Shown in pieces: positions 20,001-29,449 of a DNA stretch of 64,000 nt. The translations under genes and the position numbers were made by a program. Source of the DNA: an uncultured bacterium. Its GTDB lineage: Bacteria > Desulfobacterota > BSN033 > UBA1163. The DNA is taken from NCBI GenBank assembly GCA_938002255.1, contig CALLAL010000034.1, positions 32,674 to 96,673 on the forward strand, read 5' to 3'. Positions within the stretch are counted from its first letter, which is position 1. Each line of letters opens with the position of its first letter. A model generated the notes under the pieces. It ran no database searches. It had not been told where the DNA came from and saw only the letters and a program-made list of their open reading frames with translations.

Positions 20001-21264
20001 CAGCAGCCGTGGCTTGAGCTGTGATCTCATTTCGAACCAGGTCTGCCCCGACAAAATCAGCCGTGAGATAACGACCTGAACCAGTGGTTCCTACACCTTT
20101 AATCTCAACCCGATCGCCAATTTCTTCCCCGAGCTCCTTTAAGCCAAGGCGAACCGCCTCAATCGGTCTGCCTGCAGTCATTAAATACCGTTTGGCGAGC
20201 ACCCTCTTATTCTGATCAATGACGACCAGGTTGGTGCTAATGGACCCCACATCCAGACCCAGATAGGCTTCAATCTTTTCTGTCTTTTCCTCTCTTGTCG
20301 GGATAGAAAAAACTTTTCTCTGTTCCTCGCTTCTCATCGATGAATGACAGGGGGAGGAATGATTTGACGAAAGGCAGAGAGGCTCCAAGGGAGTTTCTTT
20401 CTCCTGGTGATGGCGTAAATATTCTCTGAGAGGGGTCAGATCGAATTTCCCTCCCTTGAAAGACGATGGCCGGTTCCGGCTCACGAGGATCGCACCAATG
20501 GCTCCCATGGAGGCAAAATGTTGTGGAATGACAAGCTCTCCATCTGAAAGTTCCAGAACCTCCTGGAAAGCCTTTCTCATTCCGACATTGGCAGCAACCC
20601 CTCCCTGAAAGGAGACAGGTTTGATAAAGGTTTTCCCTTTGCCGATGTTACTCTTAAAATTCCTTGCCAGAGCATAGCAGAGACCGGCGACGATGTCATA
20701 ATCCGGTGTGGCAATCTGCTGAAGATGAATCATATCCGATTTGGCAAAGACACTGCAACGTCCCGCAATGCGGGGGGGGGTTTTGGATTTGAGGGCCAGC
20801 GCCCCAAACTCCTCAATGGTCAGACCCAATCGAGAGGCTTGTTGATCCAAAAAGGATCCCGTTCCGGCGGCGCAAAGGGTATTCATGGAGAAGTCGCTGA
20901 TTTTGAGATGACCATTCTCCACTTCGATAAAAATCAGTTTCGAATCCTCTCCCCCAATATCAATAATCGTCCGAATTTCAGGATAAAAACGATAAATGGC
21001 ATGGGCTTGAGCAATGATCTCGTTGACGAAATGGCCTTGAAGGAGTTCAGAAAGGAGTTTCCCTCCAGTTCCGGTAAACGAGAGGCTTTGAAATTGTTCT
21101 TCAGGAACTCGGCGGAGAATCGCTTCTAAGATGTTCTGAACGGTTTTGAGGGGCTGTCCCTTAATGCGGGTGTAATGTTCTTCTACGACCTCGTCCCGAT
21201 CATTTAAAATAACTGTATTTGCACTGACGGAACCGACGTCGATGCCCAGGTAGAGTCTATTCAT
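17041..21264 (-). CDS. Acyl-CoA dehydratase activase fusion (two BadF/BcrAD ATPase domains plus DUF2229)
   Basis: Two copies of G[IL]DVGS, [DE]IGG[EQ]DSK, CAAGTGSFL and RC[ST]VF; C-terminal CFPIK, FGCGPDS and PFTCMPG. Confidence 0.9.
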   Translation of the reverse strand: MNRLYLGIDVGSVSANTVILNDRDEVVEEHYTRIKGQPLKTVQNILEAILRRVPEEQFQSLSFTGTGGKLLSELLQGHFVNEIIAQAHAIYRFYPEIRTIIDIGGEDSKLIFIEVENGHLKISDFSMNTLCAAGTGSFLDQQASRLGLTIEEFGALALKSKTPPRIAGRCSVFAKSDMIHLQQIATPDYDIVAGLCYALARNFKSNIGKGKTFIKPVSFQGGVAANVGMRKAFQEVLELSDGELVIPQHFASMGAIGAILVSRNRPSSFKGGKFDLTPLREYLRHHQEKETPLEPLCLSSNHSSPCHSSMRSEEQRKVFSIPTREEKTEKIEAYLGLDVGSISTNLVVIDQNKRVLAKRYLMTAGRPIEAVRLGLKELGEEIGDRVEIKGVGTTGSGRYLTADFVGADLVRNEITAQATAAVHIDPNVDTIFEIGGQDSKYISLEKGVVVDFEMNKVCAAGTGSFLEEQAEKLDISIKEEFGKLALSAEEPVRMGERCTVFIESDLVHHQQRGAAKDNLVAGLSYSIVQNYLNRVVGDRRIGERIFFQGGTAFNKGVVAAFESVLKKEIIVPENHDVTGAIGVAILAMEERTWERSGFKGFDLSQRQYEQTSFECKGCSNLCLIRKVSVEGERPLFYGSRCEKYDVIKRTKGSDLPDLFEEREKMLFSTYEKEKALPEDAPEIGIPRILYLHEMMPFWKAFFAELGYRVVLSDPTNKELIRKGVENVVAETCFPIKVSHGHVLNLMEKGVKRIFLPSIVNLKSPHPEIPISVACPYAQAFPYAVPSSIDFKKDSVEVLQPILHFRFGKDHLEKELTEFGKSLHRNAKQVKKALAKAERFQALFYQSLLNRGKEVLDQIKPDEKAIVIVGRPYNSCDPGVNLELPKKLRELGVLAIPMDFLPLDSVRPTEEIREMYWRYGQKILSAGKIINEDPRLYAIYITNFGCGPDSFISHFYRDLSKGKPHLQLEIDEHSADAGAITRCEAFLDSLKQVKATLFAPSRKEKPKTDRTKKIYIPYMYDGAFALKAAFEACGVEAEVIPESNEETLYWGRKLTSGKECYPCILTTGDMVKLVKDPNFDHERAAFFMPSGNGPCRFGQYHRFHRLVLDDLGFRHIPIYAPNQDETLYNDLGIMGSQFSRLGWQGIVAVDLLIKKLLETRPYEKEKGQSDRIYEASLKRVCDAIRRGVSPKEALIQSLEEFGRVEMEEPGTKPLIGIVGEIYVRLNRFSNEDVIRKIEQFGGEAWLAPMTEWILYVNTISKRRSLRKKSFSNLLKVLLTDYYQKRDEHHLERLFKSHLRNFGEPKTRSIFKKAKPYLDSSFEGEAILSIGKSIDFAKRGASGIVNIMPFTCMPGTIVSALLKRYREENNNIPILNMAYDGQEQTNTLTRLEAFMHQAKEFQNRRNKRA

Positions 21265-21406
21265 TTTATTATACAACAACAATCCGCTGTGAATCGTCCG
21301 ATTTAATTACCTATGGTAAATATTAATAGATTCAAATTTCGGTTTTCAAGTCTAATTGCTTTTATGTTTGATTTTGGATCAATCCTGTGGTATGAAGGAA
21401 AGCGAT

Positions 21407-21685
21407 ATGGCAAATGTCAGAGCACGGATCATTGTGGAGGGAAGGGTTCAGGGAGTCTTCTTTCGCGCCCATACTCAGGAGATGGCTGAGCTGTTGGAAT
21501 TAAAGGGTTGGGTGAAAAACAGAAGGGATGGTCGGGTTGAAGCCCTCTTTGAAGGGGATCAAAAAAAGGTTGAGCAGATGATTCAATGGTGTCACCGAGG
21601 CCCTCCTCACGCTAAGGTGACGAGTGTCCTGATTACCTGGGAGGAGTTTACGGGAGAATTCAAAGGATTCTCGATTCTCTACTGA
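21407..21685 (+). CDS. acyP: Acylphosphatase
   Basis: GRVQGVFFR, GWVKN, GPPHA. Confidence 0.92.
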   Translation: MANVRARIIVEGRVQGVFFRAHTQEMAELLELKGWVKNRRDGRVEALFEGDQKKVEQMIQWCHRGPPHAKVTSVLITWEEFTGEFKGFSILY

Positions 21686-21909
21686 ATTGTTTTCGTGTTC
21701 TCTTTACTTCCTTCTTTGAGAATCCTCCGTTTCAGCTCCTTTCCCGTTTCATCCCTCTCCTTTTTGATCACTTCTTCAAGATGCTCCATCCTCTTTCCGG
21801 TCTCGGTTAAGCCCTCTCCAACTTTTTTAACAGCTTTACCACCCCCAAAGTAGATAAAAAGTAAGAAAATAAGAATTCCAACAATGACGCCAAATAAAAA
21901 TCGGATCAT
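21679..21909 (-). CDS. Hypothetical membrane-anchored small protein
   Basis: N-terminal TM helix and charged helical tail; AGGAG RBS. Confidence 0.65.
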   Translation of the reverse strand: MIRFLFGVIVGILIFLLFIYFGGGKAVKKVGEGLTETGKRMEHLEEVIKKERDETGKELKRRILKEGSKENTKTIQ

Positions 21910-22049
21910 CTCCTGTGGGTCACCCCCTTTCTGGTCTCTAGCGTATCAGGAACGAATCAATTTTTCAATGGATTTTTATCAAAGAACTCCGATTGCCTTG
22001 ACCGACTATGGCTCCTACATTATAATTCCGAGCAACCAAAGAGTGAAAA

Positions 22050-23318
22050 ATGTCAAAGGACAAGGGCGAGAACCCAGTGAATAAACAACCCCCAACATCC
22101 GATCCGGTTAAATCCCCTGAGGCAACCTCCTTTGTCGAAATGGGAAGAGAGAGTGGTCCAGGAATTCGCACTCCCAATCTTCCTGTTTACCGCACCTCTA
22201 CAGTTCTTTTCAAGACGCTCGAAGAAGCAAAAGTCTGCACAGAGTCCGCCAACCGCGGAGAATTAGGGGCTACCCATTATGGCACAATCGGCACGCCTAC
22301 GACTTTTGCACTCAGAGATGCCCTCGCTCGTATTGAAGGAGGAAGTCATCCTTGCCGGGCTGCTCTGATGCCATCCGGCCTGATGGCCATCACAACGTTG
22401 CTTCTGGCCTATCTGAAATCAGGGGATCATCTTCTGGTTACAGACTCTGTCTATGGTCCTACAAGAGTCTTTTGCAAGGGAATTCTTGCAAAGATAGGAA
22501 TCCATACCACCTATTATGACCCCACGATTACACCGGAAAGGCTGGAAACCCTCATCCAACCCAATACCCGCATCATCTTTCTTGAAAGCCCGGGCAGTTA
22601 TACTTTCGAGATTCAAGATGTGCCAGGGATCTGCCGAATGGCCCAGAGGCATGGGATCATGACCGCCATCGATAATGCCTGGGGATCGCCTCTCTTTGCC
22701 AAACCTTTTGACTGGGGTGTGGATGCCTCTGTCTTGCCTCTTACTAAATACTGGAGTGGACATGCGGATGTCCTTATGGGAGCTGTGATCGTGCGCGAAG
22801 AGCACTGGCTGCCGTTATGGAGGACCGTTCGGGAACTCGGGGTGTCTGTAGGGGGCGATGATGCCGCATTGATTCTTCGGGGGATGCGAACCATTGACGT
22901 GCGAATGAGAAGGCATGAGCAGAATGCCCTGGAGGTTGCACGCTGGCTGGAGCAACGATCTGAAGTAAACACAGTCCTATATCCTGCTCTTTCCAGCCAT
23001 CCTCAACATTCGCTCTGGAAGCGTGATTTCAAAGGCTCCAGCGGTCTCTTGTCCTTCGAACTGAAAGCCAACGTGCAGGGACATAAACCCACACCCAGGC
23101 AAATCGCTGCCCTTTGTGAGGGACGCCGTTATTTTGGAATTGGTTATTCCTGGGGGGGATATGAAAGCCTGATTTTACCTGCCTGGATTGATGCGCTAAG
23201 AAGCGTTAAACCATGGGAGGGAGGACCTCTAATCCGCCTCCACATCGGATTGGAAGACCCTGCTGACTTGATTTTAGATCTTCAAGACGGATTTTATGCA
23301 ATGGCAAAGGCAATCTGA
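22050..23318 (+). CDS. metC: Cystathionine beta-lyase (PLP-dependent)
   Basis: GTPTTFAL, ESPGSYTFE, DNAW, TKYWSGHADV, YSWGGYESL, IRLHIGLED. Confidence 0.88.
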   Translation: MSKDKGENPVNKQPPTSDPVKSPEATSFVEMGRESGPGIRTPNLPVYRTSTVLFKTLEEAKVCTESANRGELGATHYGTIGTPTTFALRDALARIEGGSHPCRAALMPSGLMAITTLLLAYLKSGDHLLVTDSVYGPTRVFCKGILAKIGIHTTYYDPTITPERLETLIQPNTRIIFLESPGSYTFEIQDVPGICRMAQRHGIMTAIDNAWGSPLFAKPFDWGVDASVLPLTKYWSGHADVLMGAVIVREEHWLPLWRTVRELGVSVGGDDAALILRGMRTIDVRMRRHEQNALEVARWLEQRSEVNTVLYPALSSHPQHSLWKRDFKGSSGLLSFELKANVQGHKPTPRQIAALCEGRRYFGIGYSWGGYESLILPAWIDALRSVKPWEGGPLIRLHIGLEDPADLILDLQDGFYAMAKAI

Positions 23319-23324
23319 AAGGCC

Positions 23325-24428
23325 TCACTGCTTCTCGAAGAGCTTCAGATATTCACCATAACCCTCTTTCTCAAGAACCTCCTTAGGGATGAATCTTAAG
23401 GCAGCGGAGTTGATACAATACCGAAGCCCTGTTGGAGGAGGTCCATCATCAAAGACATGCCCAAGATGGGAATCTCCATGCTTGCTTCTTACTTCTATAC
23501 GCTTCATAAAAAGTTTTCGATCCTCTCTTTCAACAATATTCCTGGGCTCAAGGGGCTTCTTAAAGCTGGGCCAACCCGTTCCGGAATCGTATTTATCGAG
23601 GGAACTGAAGAGGGGTTCCCCAGAAACGATATCTACATAGATTCCCTCTTTCTTGTTGTCCCAGTATTCATTTTGGAAAGGTGGCTCGGTCCCGTCTCTC
23701 TGAGTCACCTCATATTGTAACGGCGTCAACCTTTTCCTCAAAGTGGCTTCATCAGGTCTCTGGTATTTTTTCTTATTCTTCCTCTTTTCCAATTCTCTCT
23801 CTTCACCCCACGTCTCTGTTAAAAATTGATCCCGACCCGAGTTGAACCGGTAGAACTGGTATTTAAAGGAATTCTTTTTATAGTAATCTTGGTGATAGTC
23901 CTCAGCCTCATAAAATTGTTTGAAGGGAATAATCATTGTGACAATCGGCTTTTTGAACTTCCCTGATCGGACAAGATCTTCTTTCGACCTCTCGGCTAAT
24001 CGTTTCTGCTCTTCATTATGATAGAAAACGGCGCTCCGATACTGGGACCCTCGATCCACGAACTGTCCTCCAGAGTCCGTGGGATCGATATGCCTCCAGA
24101 AATAATCGAGTAACTCCTCATAGGTTATTCTCGCGGGATCGAAGAAGATCTGAACCGCTTCCACATGTCCTGTTTTACCTGAAGAGACCTGCTCATAGGT
24201 TGGATTCTTCTCTTCCCCGCCGGTATAGCCTGAGATAACCTTTATGACACCTGGTAATTTTTCAAAGTCTGCTTCTGAGCACCAGAAACATCCCCCAGCA
24301 AACGTGGCAACATTCAACTCCATGTTTTCCTTGGTCATTTCCTTTACCTCCATGCGCACAGAATCCTTTTTCTGACATCCACCAATACCCATTAAAAGGA
24401 TTAAAAATACAAGGACTAAACGTTTCAT
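23325..24428 (-). CDS. msrAB: Peptide methionine sulfoxide reductase MsrA/MsrB fusion, lipoprotein
   Basis: Lipobox-like IGGC; GCFWC; AEDYHQDYY; GTGWPSF, HLGHVF, RYCINS. Confidence 0.93.
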   Translation of the reverse strand: MKRLVLVFLILLMGIGGCQKKDSVRMEVKEMTKENMELNVATFAGGCFWCSEADFEKLPGVIKVISGYTGGEEKNPTYEQVSSGKTGHVEAVQIFFDPARITYEELLDYFWRHIDPTDSGGQFVDRGSQYRSAVFYHNEEQKRLAERSKEDLVRSGKFKKPIVTMIIPFKQFYEAEDYHQDYYKKNSFKYQFYRFNSGRDQFLTETWGEERELEKRKNKKKYQRPDEATLRKRLTPLQYEVTQRDGTEPPFQNEYWDNKKEGIYVDIVSGEPLFSSLDKYDSGTGWPSFKKPLEPRNIVEREDRKLFMKRIEVRSKHGDSHLGHVFDDGPPPTGLRYCINSAALRFIPKEVLEKEGYGEYLKLFEKQ

Positions 24429-24602
24429 TAAGATTCCCCTTCAAACACCGAGATTAGAAAATTTTTAAAAAACCCATACCACACCAACACAAATTAAATA
24501 TAATCATTGAAACGGTAAAATGGTATGTCATTGGGGGAGTTTAAGGAAGATGATCCATAAAAACCTGAAGGTGATCTTAAAAAGTATCGTTTAAATATGA
24601 AT

Positions 24603-25490
24603 TTAAGCTTTCTTATTTTCCTGGGCCTGGCGTGCCTTCTTAATGTCTTCGAGATAATAACGGATTAAAGGGGACATTTCAGGAGGTTGCCAATCCGTCT
24701 TTTTGGGATCTTCAGGCCAGGTGAAGGGAAGGTGAAAGACCTCCCCGGGTCTCTTTGCTTTTTCAAAAACCGAAAGAGCTTCCATGAGGACCTTTCTTTG
24801 CCCTGCCCTGTCTCCAATCTGTCCCACAGGCCTTCCATACGGATATTCGATGGCAGCGGTTCGGGGAATGCCAACGGCTCGATGAAATTCCCATGTTGGA
24901 TTGAGAACCACAGTCGAAAAACCAGCATCTTCCAGAACCCTCGCAGCCATTCCAACGGATTGGCAGCAGAAAGGTCAGGCAGGGGTGAGAAGAACTGCAT
25001 CCACTCTCTCAGCCCTCATATGTTCCGAAATTGGCTCAATGGCTTCTTTGAGAAAGTCTGTATTTTGCCACTGAAACCCGTAAAAAGAGTAGGCTGTTGG
25101 AGCCAGACGTCCGATCACTCCTTCTTCTTCAAACTCAGCCATTCTCTGGAGGGGGAGAATGACATTGATATCCTGCATGACAAGATGGGTATTAATATGA
25201 AGGTGATTGCAATCAATCTCCTTCTCCGTCGTCCCACGGGGGATCCTTCGATAGGAGCGATCTCCCCAAAGAGGTTCCCTCTTTTCCCGCTCCATATCAA
25301 AGGGAGGATCCGTTTTAAGGCTGATCCCAGCACTGGTTACAAGGGCAAGGGTCGTGCGACTTAATGGCCTCGACATGGGCGTCCACGGGATCATTCCTTT
25401 ATATTCCTCGTCAGGAATGAAGGTCTTTACCCATGCTTTTAGCCCGGGTGGAAGAAACCTGAAGCCATCCACGATTTTCGTTTGCTCCAT
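24603..25490 (-). CDS. PrdB/GrdB-family selenoprotein B (UGA read-through, ~295 aa)
   Basis: The two track ORFs are in frame across TGA 24975-24977, giving VLLTPA-U-PFCCQSVG. LVTSAG, D.SYRRIP, DINVILP, PR and YPYGRP motifs; SECIS-like hairpin follows. Confidence 0.85.
24936..24974 (-). promoter_or_regulatory. SECIS-like element
   Basis: After UGA: GC-U-GCCA-A-UCC[GUU]GGA-A-UGGC-U-GC hairpin with a G in the apical loop. Confidence 0.7.
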
Positions 25491-25610
25491 CGGGTCCTCC
25501 TTAAGGATGAAGGATTTTCTTTAATGCTCCCAATTATATTTTGGCTTCTACAAAAGAATCAAGTAAAAAAAGAGGCTTGAATCTCATACATTAGCCAATT
25601 AGAATTTATT

Positions 25611-26363
25611 ATGGCTCAGGATTCTGAAAATCGACTTAAAAAAACCATCCCATGGAAGAAAGTTCTCATCCTTTTGATATTTATAGGAGGCTTCGTTTCG
25701 TTCTTTATTGCAGGCGGGGATCAGTACTTCAATTTCTCGACTCTTAAAACAAATCGGGATCAGTTGTTGTTCTATACCCACAATCATTACTGGCAAATCT
25801 TCATAGGGGCTATGGTACTCTATACGATTTCAACCGCTCTCAGTTTGCCTGTAGCAACAGTGCTTTCGTTGACCATCGGGTTCCTCTTCGGTTTATGGGC
25901 AGGGACGGCCATCATTCTTTTCTCTGCAACCCTGGGAGCCACACTCGTCTTTCTTGCCGCTCGTTATGTACTGGCAGAGGCTGTCTCCAGACGAATGGGC
26001 ACGAAGATCAAAAGATTGATGTCCGAGTTTCAACGAAATGATTTCAATTACCTTCTCTTTTTAAGGCTCGTCCCTCTCTTTCCCTTCTGGTTAATCAATC
26101 TGGCACTCGCTTTTACTCCCATTAAAGTCCACACCTATGTTCTGGCAACGCTGATTGGCATTATCCCAGGAGCCTTTGTCTTTGCCAATCTCGGCCAATC
26201 CCTTGGCCGCTTGGAATCTACCGATCAATTGCTATCATTCAGAACGATGAGTGCACTGATTTTACTCGGGATATTCGCTCTCGTCCCAATCCTTGTAAAA
26301 AAATATCGTTCTTCACCAAAAGAAAGGAAAGAACATCATGAATCCTCTTCCAACCCTCTTTAG
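25611..26363 (+). CDS. TVP38/TMEM64 (DedA/VTT) membrane protein
   Basis: SATLGATLVFLAAR, LRLVPLFPFWLINL, GIIPG. Confidence 0.9.
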   Translation: MAQDSENRLKKTIPWKKVLILLIFIGGFVSFFIAGGDQYFNFSTLKTNRDQLLFYTHNHYWQIFIGAMVLYTISTALSLPVATVLSLTIGFLFGLWAGTAIILFSATLGATLVFLAARYVLAEAVSRRMGTKIKRLMSEFQRNDFNYLLFLRLVPLFPFWLINLALAFTPIKVHTYVLATLIGIIPGAFVFANLGQSLGRLESTDQLLSFRTMSALILLGIFALVPILVKKYRSSPKERKEHHESSSNPL

Positions 26364-27282
26364 AACTCATCTCGAAATCCTTCAGGTCAATCTGGGCTAC
26401 CGATGTAACCAGAGATGCCTCCACTGCCATGTCAATGCAGGACCTGAAAGGACAGAGATGATGGATCAAGCGACGATCCATGAGGTCATCGCCTACCTTG
26501 AATCTTCCAATGTTCAGACGGTCGATCTCACCGGAGGGGCTCCTGAGTTGAATCCTTATTTTAAAGAACTGGTCCAAAGCACTCGAGCGATGGGTTTCCA
26601 TGTGTTGGATCGTTGTAATTTAACGGTCCTCGAACAGCCCGGATTAGAAGGATTGGAGGAATTTCTTGCGAAACATCACGTCGAGATCATTGCCTCTCTG
26701 CCTTGCTATATGAAAGAAAACGTTGATTATCAACGAGGAGAAGGAGTGTTTAAAACCAGTCTCCGCGTCCTGAAGAAGCTGAATCGCCTGGGTTATGGAC
26801 AGACTGGCTCAGGACTCGTCCTCAATCTCGTCTATAATCCGCTGGGCTCTTTTCTTCCTCCCCAGCAATCCTTCTTGGAAGACGAATATCGAAGAGAGCT
26901 GGGGGAGCGCTATGGCATTGTTTTTAATCATCTCTACACCATCACCAATATGCCTATCCATCGTTTCGAAACATTATTGATCGCAAAAGGCGAACGCTTA
27001 AGTTACCTAAACCTCCTGCATCAGGCGCATCGGGACAGTAATCTCGAATCGGTCATGTGCCGACGATTGATCAGTGTGGATTACCAGGGAGTGGTTTTTG
27101 ATTGCGACTTCAATCAGGCTCTTGGTCTTCCTCTGAGGTGGAAAGACAAGCCAAGGGTTCATCTTTCAGAACTGAAAGGAATCGATCTGGAGGGGTTTCC
27201 CATTCCCCTTCTGGAACATTGTTTGGGTTGCACGGCAGGTGCAGGAAGCAGTTGCACAGGCGTATTAAGCAGTCCAGGATAA
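26338..27282 (+). CDS. arsS: ArsS-type radical SAM protein (TIGR04167-like, arsenosugar biosynthesis family)
   Basis: LQVNLGYRCNQRCLHCHVNAGP, DLTGGAPE, ASLPCY, LNLVYNP, DCDFNQ, HCLGCTAGAGSSC. Confidence 0.85.
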   Translation: MNPLPTLFRTHLEILQVNLGYRCNQRCLHCHVNAGPERTEMMDQATIHEVIAYLESSNVQTVDLTGGAPELNPYFKELVQSTRAMGFHVLDRCNLTVLEQPGLEGLEEFLAKHHVEIIASLPCYMKENVDYQRGEGVFKTSLRVLKKLNRLGYGQTGSGLVLNLVYNPLGSFLPPQQSFLEDEYRRELGERYGIVFNHLYTITNMPIHRFETLLIAKGERLSYLNLLHQAHRDSNLESVMCRRLISVDYQGVVFDCDFNQALGLPLRWKDKPRVHLSELKGIDLEGFPIPLLEHCLGCTAGAGSSCTGVLSSPG

Positions 27283-27315
27283 GTTAACGAGACCGTGGAT
27301 GACCTCACCGAATCA

Positions 27316-28017
27316 ATGAGGATGAAACTTTCTATCATTCTACCGGTTTTAAATGAAGCATCAGGTATTGTAAAAACTCTTCAAGCACTTCAGCCGTTTC
27401 GAGAGGCAGGTCATGAAGTTATTGTCGTGGATGGGGGAAGCGAAGATGACACAAGGGTTCTTTCAACCCCCTATGCGGATCAAGTGATACAGGCCTCAAG
27501 GGGTCGGAGCCGCCAGATGAACGCTGGAGCAAGATTGGCAACGGGTGAAATCTTTATCTTTCTCCATGGCGATACTATCCTACCTTTACAAGCAGATCAT
27601 CTCATCACTGAGGGGATGAGCAGAAGAAAGAGGGCATGGGGACGTTTTGACGTGAGGCTCTCAGGATCCCACCCCTTTCTTCGGGTCATCGAATTTCTGA
27701 TGAACTGGCGTTCCCGGCTCTCGCAAATCGCTACCGGTGATCAAGCTATTTTTGTCAGGCGTACACTCTTTGAAGAAATGGGAGGGTTTCCGGAGATCGA
27801 CTTAATGGAAGACATTGCCCTGTGCAAGATATTGAAAAAACACAGCCCCCCTCTTTGTCTCCGTCAAACGGTTTTAACGTCAAGCCGTAGATGGGAAGAA
27901 AAGGGATTGTTCCGAACCATCTTCCTCATGTGGTTGCTGAGATTGTTTTATTTTCTTGGATTAAACCCAAACCGACTGGCAAAACTCTATTATCCAAAAT
28001 ACGAATCGCACAAATAA
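27316..28017 (+). CDS. TIGR04283-type glycosyltransferase (rSAM/selenodomain-associated transferase 2)
   Basis: PVLNE, VDGGS, GRSRQMNAGA, GDQAIFV, LMEDI, TSSRRW. Confidence 0.85.
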   Translation: MRMKLSIILPVLNEASGIVKTLQALQPFREAGHEVIVVDGGSEDDTRVLSTPYADQVIQASRGRSRQMNAGARLATGEIFIFLHGDTILPLQADHLITEGMSRRKRAWGRFDVRLSGSHPFLRVIEFLMNWRSRLSQIATGDQAIFVRRTLFEEMGGFPEIDLMEDIALCKILKKHSPPLCLRQTVLTSSRRWEEKGLFRTIFLMWLLRLFYFLGLNPNRLAKLYYPKYESHK

Positions 28018-28042
28018 AACAGACCGATTGTCGATCCACACA

Positions 28043-28672
28043 ATGAATGACATGAATTGCCCCATCATCGTTTTTGCTAAGGCTCCTATCCCGGGAGAGG
28101 TCAAAACACGTCTTCTCTCTACTATGGATTCTGCTTCCGTGATTGCCCTTTACGAAAAACTCATTCTTCATACGTTAAGAACAGCTCTTGACTCTAAAGT
28201 TGGCCCAGTTAAACTCTGGTGCACTCCTTCAGCGGATCATCCTTTCTTTATTCACTGTGCAAACAAATTCCAGATCGAACTCCATCAACAGGCCGGAGGA
28301 GATCTGGGGAAACGGATGGCTCTTGCTTTTAGGGAAACATTAACAAGGGCTCCCATAGCCCTGCTGATAGGAACGGATTGCCCATCTCTTACCTCAAAGG
28401 ATTTAATAGAGGCAAACCAAACATTAAAACAGGGGGTTCCGGTGGTTATCTCTCCGGCTGAAGATGGAGGGTTTGTCCTCATCGGTCTCTGTCAATATGA
28501 GCCATCACTCTTCGAAGGAGTCCTCTGGGGAACAGAGTCCGTCCTGAAAGAGACAAAGGACCGGCTTCGTCAATTAGGATGGGACTGGCGGGAGCTCCCG
28601 ACACGATGGGATGTGGACCGACCCGAAGATGTGGATCGTTTAAGAAGAGAGGGGTTGATGGAATGGGATTAA
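28043..28672 (+). CDS. TIGR04282/DUF2064-type transferase (rSAM/selenodomain-associated transferase 1)
   Basis: FAKAPIPGEVKTRL, GDLGKRM, IGTDCP, PAEDGG, DVDRPED. Confidence 0.85.
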   Translation: MNDMNCPIIVFAKAPIPGEVKTRLLSTMDSASVIALYEKLILHTLRTALDSKVGPVKLWCTPSADHPFFIHCANKFQIELHQQAGGDLGKRMALAFRETLTRAPIALLIGTDCPSLTSKDLIEANQTLKQGVPVVISPAEDGGFVLIGLCQYEPSLFEGVLWGTESVLKETKDRLRQLGWDWRELPTRWDVDRPEDVDRLRREGLMEWD

Positions 28673-29415
28673 AAATAAAATCCGAGAGGGCAGGGATGAG
28701 CGGGATCATCATCTTTCTCCTTATTTTTCCTTTCCCCGCATTCCCTCAACCAGACTCCATCATCGAAGTTGGTAAATTCTCAAGTGAAAAAGTTGAAAAC
28801 AGACTCCCGTCCTATTGGAAACCTTTGACCTTTAAAAAGATTGAACGACATACAACCTATTTTCTGGTGAAAGATGGGGAGACAACTGTTGTCAAGGCGA
28901 TTTCTGAAGCCTCCGCTTCAGGGTTGACCCGAGAGATCCAGATTAATCCGAAAACATATCCTATCATTCAATGGCGATGGAAAGTGGAGAATATTCTCCA
29001 AAAAGGAGATGTCCATAAGAAAGAGGGGGATGATTATCCAGCACGCCTTTACATCACCTTCCAATACGATTCATCTAAATTAGGATTTTTTGAAAAGGCG
29101 AAATATGAAGCAGCCAGGCTTCTCTATGGACAATATCCACCGACCGCTGCCATCAACTACATCTGGGAGAGCAAGACGCCCGTATCTACTTTCATCCCCA
29201 ATCCTTATACAAATCGGGTGATGATGATCGTAGTCGAAAGTGGTGCTACCCAATTGAATCAATGGGTAAATTATGAAAGAAACCTCTATGAAGATTTCAA
29301 AAAGGCTTTTGGATACGACCCTCCTTTGGTTTCCGGGGTCGCCATTATGTCAGACACCGACAATACGGGCGAATTCGCCATCGCTTATTATGGCGACATC
29401 GTGTTTAGAAGATGA
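28663..29415 (+). CDS. DUF3047 domain exported protein
   Basis: ASASGL, WRWKV, GDDYPAR, INYIW, AIMSDTDNT; signal peptide. Exact start uncertain. Confidence 0.82.
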   Translation: MGLKIKSERAGMSGIIIFLLIFPFPAFPQPDSIIEVGKFSSEKVENRLPSYWKPLTFKKIERHTTYFLVKDGETTVVKAISEASASGLTREIQINPKTYPIIQWRWKVENILQKGDVHKKEGDDYPARLYITFQYDSSKLGFFEKAKYEAARLLYGQYPPTAAINYIWESKTPVSTFIPNPYTNRVMMIVVESGATQLNQWVNYERNLYEDFKKAFGYDPPLVSGVAIMSDTDNTGEFAIAYYGDIVFRR

Positions 29416-29449
29416 GGCTTTACTGAGAATACAAAGAAGCAATAAGAGA

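Noticed and set aside
27230-27282. Selenocysteine in the ArsS C-terminus
   Set aside because: The codon is TGC (Cys) and the ORF ends at TAA.
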